23,016 bases of DNA from Bugula neritina (taxonomy: Eukaryota; Animalia; Bryozoa), in NCBI GenBank assembly GCA_964035545.1, contig CAXIUT010000294.1, positions 1 through 23,016 on the forward strand, in the 5' to 3' direction. Made by a program: the position numbers and the translations under genes. The notes beneath the pieces were generated by a model. The model ran no database searches and had not been told where the DNA came from. It was given only the letters and a program-made list of their open reading frames with translations. Every line of letters begins with the position of its first letter. The first letter of the stretch is position 1. Below are positions 15,251 through 23,016 of this stretch, piece after piece.

Positions 15251-15454
15251 TCAATCGGGCGGTTCAACTTCAAATGCAGCCAGCGCGACCTGGCAATCAA
15301 TCACCAAATCACGCGCCTCCGCCCAGGCGGCTAAATCTGCCTGTTCTGGCAAATAAGCCACGGTTTCAAAGTTATCGCCGTTCAATGGAAAGAGTGTTAA
15401 TGATTCGGGGGCAGTTGCTGCACCCGCTGGGTTCTGTATGCTGTTTTCCTGCAT
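15251..15454 (-). CDS. 67-aa hypothetical protein (copy 2)
   Basis: Same as 1741..1944. Confidence 0.55.
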   Translation of the reverse strand: MQENSIQNPAGAATAPESLTLFPLNGDNFETVAYLPEQADLAAWAEARDLVIDCQVALAAFEVEPPD

Positions 15455-15634
15455 AACTCAATGCCTCTTTGGTCGAGATTGGGTTGTGTGGCCTGTCCCG
15501 GTGTTGGTAGCGCCGGGATAGGTGTTAACTATCAATTATGACGTAATGGCGTTTTGAATGAATGACGCCATTACGTCAAATAGTATAGCGTCATGACGTC
15601 ACTTTAGCTATACCGGTACGCTGTAGGTACGGTG

Positions 15635-16432
15635 CTAATCAAGCAACAGCGGGTATTGTTCGTCTTGCTTCCAGGTGAATTTAAGCGCCTTGACGGCGCG
15701 GCCTTTCTTGATGGGTTCCCATTCGATCACGAGGCGGTCTTTTTCGTGTAGCTCTTTGATGGCTTTCTCGATGCAGTTAACGCGAATGTCTTTGTACAGG
15801 TAGCTGGCTGGAATGCCGAGCGCGTGGCGGAAGTCTTCAAGGGTGATGTATAGCTGTTTGGTAGTCTTCCATTGCATGAGGAGTTCGAGCAAGCGCCACG
15901 AATAGTAAGAGCGCAGGGATGAGGCCATTTTCAGTTTGTAGGTGGTGTATTTACCGTTGAGTAGCAAGATATAGGGCGTGGCTTCCTGCGAGAAGTTGAT
16001 TTCAACCCAGCCGTCGCCTTTGTGGTATTTGGCGCTGGATACCCAATGCACCTTATGAATTTCTTCGCCGGTAGGGGTGTCCACCACCAGACTAAAATAG
16101 CGCGAGAATAGACGGTCTGTGGCTTTCTTCAGTTCACGGTACGAGCTGTCCAGATCCACGCTAAATTCCCGGGCATATTCCTTGGCCGAGATGCGCAGTG
16201 ACACCTGATTACCTTTCAGTGACTCAGCCTTTGCCATCGCATAGGTGACTAAGCGCTTTTCTACCAGGTTGAGGCCATGCGCGGCGCGAACGAGTGAGTT
16301 GCTCATGCTAACGGTTAATTCCTGCCCCAGAATTCTGCTGATGTCTTCCGGGACTGTCTGTTTCTCCTGCTGTTCCAGTTTGAGTTTAGCTTCTTCAGCT
16401 TTCTTTTCTATCCAGCCGATGGGGTCAGACAT
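15635..16432 (-). CDS. repB: Rep_3/RepB initiator (copy 2)
   Basis: Same as 2125..2922. Confidence 0.93.
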   Translation of the reverse strand: MSDPIGWIEKKAEEAKLKLEQQEKQTVPEDISRILGQELTVSMSNSLVRAAHGLNLVEKRLVTYAMAKAESLKGNQVSLRISAKEYAREFSVDLDSSYRELKKATDRLFSRYFSLVVDTPTGEEIHKVHWVSSAKYHKGDGWVEINFSQEATPYILLLNGKYTTYKLKMASSLRSYYSWRLLELLMQWKTTKQLYITLEDFRHALGIPASYLYKDIRVNCIEKAIKELHEKDRLVIEWEPIKKGRAVKALKFTWKQDEQYPLLLD

Positions 16433-16521
16433 AGATGAAAAATCCTTAATGGGGAATTAAGAATATTTTCCCATTAAGTTAATAGGAAAGCAATTTTGAA
16501 TTCCTATTATTGGCCTTTGCC

Positions 16522-16754
16522 TGTGGACAAGACAGCAAAAACTTCCTATTTAGACAGCAAAAACTTCCCATTAAGCAGCAAAAACTTCCTATTTAGACAG
16601 CAAAAACTTCCTATTTAGGAAATTTATGAACGCTTGAGATGCTTACTGGATAAGGGTTTCAAGCGTTGCGCCACAAGCCCTAAAAAGATCTTTTAAAAGT
16701 TTATAAAAGATCTTTTAAAAGGAACTGGGGGCAACAGCAAAAACTTCCTATTTA
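16522..16754 (+). repeat. oriV iterons (copy 2)
   Basis: Same as 3012..3244. Confidence 0.92.
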
Positions 16755-16884
16755 ACACCAAAGCCTAAAATTCACGCAATTTATTCGGAGTGCATTGCAG
16801 ACCTGATCATTAAAACTTTCAACGTGTAAGTCCACACCGCTATACTGATCTGCGTCATTACTTCATAACGTCACAGTCACCCTT

Positions 16885-17502
16885 ATGAAATCAATCGCAT
16901 TCCTTAGCCAGAAAGGCGGCAGCGGTAAAACCACGCTGGCAGTGCATACCGCAGTTACCGCGCAGGAAAGTGGGGAAAGCGTTGTCGTCATTGATACCGA
17001 CCCGCAACAAAGTGCAATGACCTGGGCAGAAGCACGCACCACGGATATACCACCGGTAGCCGCCATCAACGCTAACGAAATACAAAAAGTATTCGCAGCT
17101 GCTGAAGGCGAAGCAATGACACTAGCCATAGTCGATACCGCACCACACGCCGCGCCTGAGGCCTCCATTATCGCGGCTAAGGTAGACTTGATTGCTATCC
17201 CAGTCAGACCGTCAGCGTTTGATATAGCCGCAGTAGGCAACGCAGTAGAGATTGCCAAAGCAGCCAACACCAAAACCGTGTTTGTGCTTTCAGCTTGTCC
17301 CTTTAGATCACCAGAGATAACCGAAACACGCGAGCTGTTAAAAACCTATGGCTTACCTGTAGCACCTACCGACATCACAGAGAGACGCGCATTCTCGCGT
17401 GCGGTAGCATCAGGTAGGGCAGTAACCGAATTTGAAAGCGATGGTAAAGCAGCTGCTGAAATACGCGCTTTATGGCAATGGCTGAAAGGAGAAATGCAAT
17501 GA
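16885..17502 (+). CDS. parA: ParA ATPase (copy 2)
   Basis: Same as 3375..3992. Confidence 0.95.
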   Translation: MKSIAFLSQKGGSGKTTLAVHTAVTAQESGESVVVIDTDPQQSAMTWAEARTTDIPPVAAINANEIQKVFAAAEGEAMTLAIVDTAPHAAPEASIIAAKVDLIAIPVRPSAFDIAAVGNAVEIAKAANTKTVFVLSACPFRSPEITETRELLKTYGLPVAPTDITERRAFSRAVASGRAVTEFESDGKAAAEIRALWQWLKGEMQ

Positions 17503-17762
17503 CAAAGAAGAAAACAGGGCTGGCGCAGTTCACCAAGCAAAGCAGCCAGACCACACAGCAGAGTGAAACACAGGAAAGTAAACCCAGAGAGAAACAGCGC
17601 GGTAAGGGTGATGTAGTTGCATTAACAGTACGACTGTCACGCGATGACTGGCAACGTGTACACCAGTTGGCGCTATCCGAAGGCGTTAGCATTCAACGGC
17701 TGGCAGTAGACGGATTATCAAAGCTCTTTGAAGAAAAAGGGCTTAAAAAGCTCAACACCTGA
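17499..17762 (+). CDS. ParG-like RHH protein (copy 2)
   Basis: Same as 3989..4252. Confidence 0.8.
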   Translation: MTKKKTGLAQFTKQSSQTTQQSETQESKPREKQRGKGDVVALTVRLSRDDWQRVHQLALSEGVSIQRLAVDGLSKLFEEKGLKKLNT

Positions 17763-17887
17763 AATCGTTTTTATCCCAAACATCACACCAATCTGAAAGG
17801 TTCCCAAAAGCGGTTTTCATGCGCAATGGATAGCATACTATTCGGGCAAGCACTGCCCGCGCTGTCAGATCGTGCCAACCGAAAGGT

Positions 17888-18412
17888 TTAGAAAAAGCGA
17901 AACCGGTTATCTTTCCACTCCTTACCATCAATCAACCCTTCCTCATATAACCCGGCCCAATCGTAAAAGAATGGGTACCAATCGGTGCTGGTGTGCAGTA
18001 ACTGCATAGCCACCGCACACACTGCCACAATACCCCATGCAATCGCATACTCTCCAGCCTCACCTGTGCGCAGCCGTCCCCCAAACAGGTGAAAGCGTCG
18101 CTCTGAGTTAGGTGCGAAAGGTACACCGCTGACAGTCATGGAATCGGCGAGTACATGCGTAAGCCCGCCCCAGAAGAACGCGGCCAGGATGCCGTGGAAA
18201 TCCCACAGCAACAGCGCAAACAGTAGGGCGATAAACCAGCCCAACACGTAATGGGTGACGCCCCGGTGTTTTACGTCCTGGCCGGTAGTGGCCTTGATTA
18301 CCCATTCCAACCAATCCGGAGCAGTAGAACCAAGAATTGCGACCGGCACGAGTACCGGGTTAATAACAGCGGTGGTCGCGCCAGCGATGGCGATGTGATT
18401 AATCCATTTCAT
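17888..18412 (-). CDS. YdjM-type metal-dependent hydrolase (copy 2)
   Basis: Same as 4378..4902. Confidence 0.88.
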   Translation of the reverse strand: MKWINHIAIAGATTAVINPVLVPVAILGSTAPDWLEWVIKATTGQDVKHRGVTHYVLGWFIALLFALLLWDFHGILAAFFWGGLTHVLADSMTVSGVPFAPNSERRFHLFGGRLRTGEAGEYAIAWGIVAVCAVAMQLLHTSTDWYPFFYDWAGLYEEGLIDGKEWKDNRFRFF

Positions 18413-19338
18413 CGCGGGGTGAGTTCCTTTTGTGGCACTGCTGAAATGTTTTTAAGCCAGGTGTTGATGGTTTTGGCATTGAGCGGGTCGCACAGTCCGG
18501 AGAGTTTAAGGCGGGTTTCGGTGATCTTTGCTTCCTGTTTGGTAAGGTCGCGGCGACTTTGTGCGATCTTTTCGAGGTAGGTCATTTGCTCCTTGGCCTC
18601 AGAAATACCTTGCTGGACGCGTAAGGCGGAGCGAGTCTCCATGCTCCGATAAAGCGCCACTTCCCGTGTGGCGAGGTTGCGGTTTGCGATGGCGGCCACG
18701 AAGTCGGCGACGATGGTGGCGGTGGTTTGGCGTCGCATGGCTTCGCGTTCTTTTTCGCGGTTAAGTTCTTTGTTGGAGTACAGCGGCATGCTGGCAACGA
18801 TTGCCACGTAATTGCTGCCGAGTTCGGAAGTGCCGGCACCGGCGCTGCTGAGGATATTGGTTTCCTGTCCGTATTTAGCCAGCTGAGCGCGCAGATCCAC
18901 ATTGAGATTCCACTGACTGCGGGCGGGGTAACAATCGAGGATGTACTGATACACCGCATCGGTGTCGATGTTGGGTGCCTGAACCAGCGCAGGCGGTTTA
19001 GCCTTGAAGTTCAGTTCCTGCCCGCTGAGTGTTGGGATTTTATAAGGCTGCGCCTTTGGTGGTTGCCTGGGTTCCTCTTGTTTCCAAGGCCAAAAGCTAA
19101 AAATGCCGTTTTCTGCTGCCTCAGTGGCCTCAGAATCGGTTATCAGTAATTTTTCATAGTTCTCTATGGGCTTGGCGCTTTCAGCGTCGTACAGCGTCTC
19201 TGAGGCGGCGCTAATCGGCGCGAGAAGCGCGGCGACCAGTACCCAGGGCTTTAAGCCCGCCAATGACCAAAGCCGCTTCCCACCATCCGATGGCAAGGCA
19301 GCAAATGAGAAGAAACCACATGAGGATATGCGTTGCAT
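18409..19338 (-). CDS. Secreted TolC-repeat-like hypothetical protein (copy 2)
   Basis: Same as 4899..5828. Confidence 0.7.
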   Translation of the reverse strand: MQRISSCGFFSFAALPSDGGKRLWSLAGLKPWVLVAALLAPISAASETLYDAESAKPIENYEKLLITDSEATEAAENGIFSFWPWKQEEPRQPPKAQPYKIPTLSGQELNFKAKPPALVQAPNIDTDAVYQYILDCYPARSQWNLNVDLRAQLAKYGQETNILSSAGAGTSELGSNYVAIVASMPLYSNKELNREKEREAMRRQTTATIVADFVAAIANRNLATREVALYRSMETRSALRVQQGISEAKEQMTYLEKIAQSRRDLTKQEAKITETRLKLSGLCDPLNAKTINTWLKNISAVPQKELTPR

Positions 19339-19939
19339 CGTAGGCAACCTCTGAATCAAGTCTAAAAATCTGGGGATCGCGCCGCAGTAACACCGGGCGC
19401 AGATTCGGGGGTAAGCGTTGTTCTTCTGAGGTCGCTACCACGGTCAGGCGCGTAGCCATCGCGCATTGACGTGCTATTTGTAATTTCCTGCCGGTGAGCT
19501 TGTGCGCATCGTCGATGAACAGCACCGGTTTTTTGGCTTTGCAATAATCAACCAGTGCGTTAGAACGGGCGTATTGTTTGAGTTTTTTCCAGGGTTCACG
19601 CTCGTCGAGGGGAATTTTCTTTTGTTCCTCATCCCACCATTCACTGACGGCGGGATTATCGTGCCATTCACCTACTGGGCTGAGGGTATCGAGGAAGATT
19701 GGAGTGGCTTTGATTTTTGCGCCCCAAATCTCGGTAGCGTTCTCATGCAGGCGAGTCAGCCAGCGCGTTTTTCCGGAGTCGTGTGCGCCGGTGACGAGGA
19801 TTGGTTTTTTCTTGGAGATGACCTGCTCACTGGTGACTTTGCCGTACTTTTTAGTTTTGGTGACGAGTAATGGAACGGCAAAGCGCGAACCGTCCGCACG
19901 CACCTGATTCTTAGTGCGCCGTATTTTTAAATACTCCAC
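19211..19939 (-). CDS. Membrane-anchored P-loop ATPase (copy 2)
   Basis: Same as 5701..6429. Confidence 0.85.
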   Translation of the reverse strand: MEYLKIRRTKNQVRADGSRFAVPLLVTKTKKYGKVTSEQVISKKKPILVTGAHDSGKTRWLTRLHENATEIWGAKIKATPIFLDTLSPVGEWHDNPAVSEWWDEEQKKIPLDEREPWKKLKQYARSNALVDYCKAKKPVLFIDDAHKLTGRKLQIARQCAMATRLTVVATSEEQRLPPNLRPVLLRRDPQIFRLDSEVAYDATHILMWFLLICCLAIGWWEAALVIGGLKALGTGRRASRAD

Positions 19940-20248
19940 GTTGGATTCTAATCCTTTTTGTCGTTTCGTCAGCCCATCGCACTGACCATGTTCCCAGGGT
20001 GAATTTTTTTCCGCTGTTTGCCCTGGGTGAGTCCGGCAAATTGTTGTTTTTACTGGACTCCATTCAAACGGAATTGAGCGAAGCAGAAGGGGGAACTAAT
20101 TTAAAAGAGTTTTGCTTAAAAATCAAGCAGCAATTTTGTCGAAAATAAAGGACGGTTTTTTGTAACTTTTTTTCATACTTTAAAAAACAAACGCTTATGA
20201 AGTATGATAAATTGTGTATTTATTGAACATTAGAGGGATGTTTCACGG

Positions 20249-20854
20249 ATGGGAGTTTATGCCTACCTGCGAGTCAGTACCGATCAGCAAGACGTGGACA
20301 ACCAGCGCCACGGCATACTGGAATATGCGAATACGCACAGCTTGGGAAACCTGCAATTTGTTGAGGATAGCGCCTCAGGGAAGACCAACTGGAAGGAAAG
20401 GAAAGCCGGTGAACTGCTGACTAAAACCATGCAGCCAGGGGACACCATTTTGTTTGCTGAGGTTTCCAGAATGGCACGCTCTGTACTGCAAATTTTAGAG
20501 ATGTTGGAACACTGCGCAGCGCATGAATTTACCGTGCATATTGTGAAGCAGAAGATGGTGTTTGATGACTCGCTGAACTCTAAAATTACCGCTACGGTTT
20601 TGGGTTTGGCGGCGGAAATTGAGCGAGAATTTATCTCAATGCGCACCAAGGAAGCACTGGCTAAACGTAAGGCTGAGGGCATGGTTTTGGGTCGGCCAAA
20701 GGGGAAGGCTAAGCGGGTGAAATTGGATAAACGCAGTGCGGAGATCCGCAAGTATTTAGAGTTGGGAATCAGTAAGCGAGCTATTTGTAAGCTGGTGGAT
20801 TGCTCACCTAGTACGCTTTATGAGTGGATTGAGCGGCGCAAGGTGGAGGTATAA
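20249..20854 (+). CDS. Serine recombinase (copy 2)
   Basis: Same as 6739..7344. Confidence 0.95.
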   Translation: MGVYAYLRVSTDQQDVDNQRHGILEYANTHSLGNLQFVEDSASGKTNWKERKAGELLTKTMQPGDTILFAEVSRMARSVLQILEMLEHCAAHEFTVHIVKQKMVFDDSLNSKITATVLGLAAEIEREFISMRTKEALAKRKAEGMVLGRPKGKAKRVKLDKRSAEIRKYLELGISKRAICKLVDCSPSTLYEWIERRKVEV

Positions 20855-21244
20855 AGTCTTATAAGTGCAGGCTCATCAATTGCTATGGATATTTTTGTAT
20901 CCATAAGTGTATTCAGTTAAGTGGTTTTTCAAGGGTCGACAGGCACTGGTGAACAACGGGCAGTGTACGACTTGATTGACTGCTGGAGCTGCTGGAAGGT
21001 TTAACAAGGCATACCGGATCGTCAAACCAGTGTACTAAAGGCCTGCCATGCTGGGGAGATTTAAGTCGTGGTACTGTACTAGGCTTTGTTCAGCAAAAGC
21101 CTATTGCGGGCATAATTGCGCGTTTACCGCGTAAAACAACCCACAAGCATTGAATGCAAAGGGGCAGCGAAAACGTCCCTTTATTTTAAATTGATAGGAG
21201 GAATGTTGGTGATTTAAACCCGCCGTTGATTGGCGGGTTAGTAT

Positions 21245-21466
21245 TTATAAGAAAATCCGCAGTTCCTTCGTTTCTCCAGATGAATTCCGAAGCATCAAAG
21301 AGCCGCCTTTCTCATACTCTTCAATTAACATGTCATACAGGCGGTAAGCGTTTTTCGTGACTTCTGCGTATGAAGCTGCTTCAGTTTTTTCCTTCAGCGT
21401 TTTCAGTCGCTCTATGGATGGTGGAGGTAACTCCATCTGTACCCGGACTGTATCTTTTTTGGCCAT
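21245..21466 (-). CDS. RHH protein (copy 2)
   Basis: Same as 7735..7956. Confidence 0.75.
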   Translation of the reverse strand: MAKKDTVRVQMELPPPSIERLKTLKEKTEAASYAEVTKNAYRLYDMLIEEYEKGGSLMLRNSSGETKELRIFL

Positions 21467-21698
21467 CTTTACTCCTTAGAATGAGTTCTGTTGAACGTTC
21501 ATTCTTAACCTGGATTTCGAGATTGCCTAATCCATAATGGTAAAAGGCAGCTATTGCAAATCCCGTTAACACACAGGAAGCGATTGCAGTGATGGCAATA
21601 ATTTTCCAATGCTTCCAAATCCCAGTTCTTTTTGAATCAGTAATTTCAAATTGAATAACATTAATGTCATTCGGTTTACGCCTAATCTCAAATTTCAT
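21381..21698 (-). CDS. Single-TM hypothetical protein (copy 2)
   Basis: Same as 7871..8188. Confidence 0.55.
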   Translation of the reverse strand: MKFEIRRKPNDINVIQFEITDSKRTGIWKHWKIIAITAIASCVLTGFAIAAFYHYGLGNLEIQVKNERSTELILRSKDGQKRYSPGTDGVTSTIHRATENAEGKN

Positions 21699-22169
21699 GA
21701 TAACCTCACATAAAACCTGAGGATTCCACGCAACTCAAAACCAAATTAGGTAGAAGGTGTATCCTTCTTTTGGTGGTTTTTAAAGTTGTCAGAATGCCTC
21801 AGTCTTTTTAGGACTAAGGACAACTGCCAACTTTGAAAACCAATCAGAGAGTAGAAACCTAAAGCTTCCTTGTTCTTCATCGTTCGTTGTGCCTTATATA
21901 AATTTTTTGTAAAAATGTCATTTAAATCTTGATAAGGCTACTAACTTGGAATTTTTTTAAGTTAGTAGCCTTACTGCTTTGTGAGAATACGCATACTCAT
22001 CCCATGAAAGAGGGAATAAGGGTGGCTGATGTTAAGAGTCTATTCTCTGATCATAGACATCTAAGTCTCAATACCCCGTTAGCTCCTGCTAACTTCCCTA
22101 AAATTTTCCAAAATGAAACCATATCAATTATACATCAAAAATTGATGTTTTCAAAGTATTGAAAATGAA

Positions 22170-23016
22170 GTTTTCGCTCTATAAGTCGTTAAGGAATGAA
22201 TGTCCGAAAGTAGCATAATCCGGATTACGCGCATAAGGCTGCAAGCCCCGACGCAGCTTGTTATAGCAGGTTAGGAAGGCTTCTGTTCTGCAAGCTCCAC
22301 ACAAGCCAGCGTTCATCAACATTCCGTCCCGGCTATCTTCTGGCGCTGCCAAAAGAAAACCGGAACGGAATGAAAAGCGGTGACGCTTGCACGGTTTGGG
22401 CTTTAAACCGGTTCCGCTGCGCTCCACCGGCTAAAAGCCCAAACCGCACCGCGTAACCATAGTGTTTATTAAATATGCCGTTGTAGCATCCTGCTGCTGT
22501 TCCTGCTGTTCCTGCTGTTCCTGCTGTTTTGGTGCTGGCTCTAATGCTTTTGTTTTTGGGGTTGGCAGGGTATTGCTGTTTGTTAATGGGATACGTCCTG
22601 CTTCAGGCGCTGTGCTTGCTGTACGGTTTTGTTGAGTGTACTTGGCCATTAGGTTGCAGAGCATGGCAGTTGCCGTGCCTGGGAGGCTTTGCCGTAGTGG
22701 TGTAGTTAACCCGCCCTGGCATCCGGCTTGCATTCTTGTCAGGCGTAAACGGATATTTTTATATCCAAAGTGTTTGCCCCTGACAAAGCAAGCCGGATGC
22801 CAGGGCTATGCTGTGCTGATCTAGTGCGCCGGTGTGCTTGGTACCGCTCTGGAACGCTAAGGAATGGGGAAAAGTTACATAACGCCGTATTATGCGCACG
22901 GCCCCGGCGTTCTGACCCCGTACCATGCGCATAAAGGAATTATGTAAAATTTCCCCATGCGTGATGCGCACATTGTCCCGGTTCTTGCCTGCTTAATAAG
23001 GTTCCGCAAGCTCCAC
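22170..23016 (+). other. Structured region with dif-like sites (copy 2, cut by the window end)
   Basis: Same as 8660..9506; dif-like sites at 22208-22235, 22872-22900 and 22924-22950. Confidence 0.7.

Larger units (their letters stand above)
13511..23016. repeat. Second copy of the direct repeat (circular-plasmid overlap or multimer)
   Basis: Identical ORF track at offset 13,510; no differences seen in the spots compared. Confidence 0.98.

Overview
The window holds about 1.7 copies of one 13,510-bp unit: 1..9506 repeats at 13511..23016, and every ORF recurs at an offset of 13,510. It is most likely a small circular iteron plasmid read through more than once, or a multimer. The gene families suggest a proteobacterial host (inference). 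One unit carries: (1) an AT-rich ECF-like sigma factor translationally coupled to a membrane-anchored protein; (2) a cluster of small ORFs, three with a single TM helix and two with type I toxin/antisense-RNA-like leaders; (3) a Rep_3/RepB replicon with a DnaA box, iterons and an AT-rich region; (4) a ParA (ParF-like) plus RHH partition pair; (5) an uncharacterised three-gene membrane operon (P-loop ATPase with C-terminal TM, secreted protein resembling one TolC repeat, YdjM-type metal hydrolase) divergent from a serine resolvase; (6) a TM protein plus RHH pair; (7) a ~1.7-kb essentially non-coding region densely folded on the + strand, with three XerC/D dif-like sites (two forming a CTXphi-attP-like fold-back) and a repeated hairpin-loop motif; (8) an M.NgoMIV/M.NaeI-like C5 methyltransferase convergent with a wHTH-HNH endonuclease, plus an RHH gene tied to a palindrome GGATA-N6-TATCC found five times per unit. 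No relaxase, rolling-circle Rep, T4SS or capsid gene is recognisable. All family assignments come from motif recognition by eye; no searches or folding programs were run.
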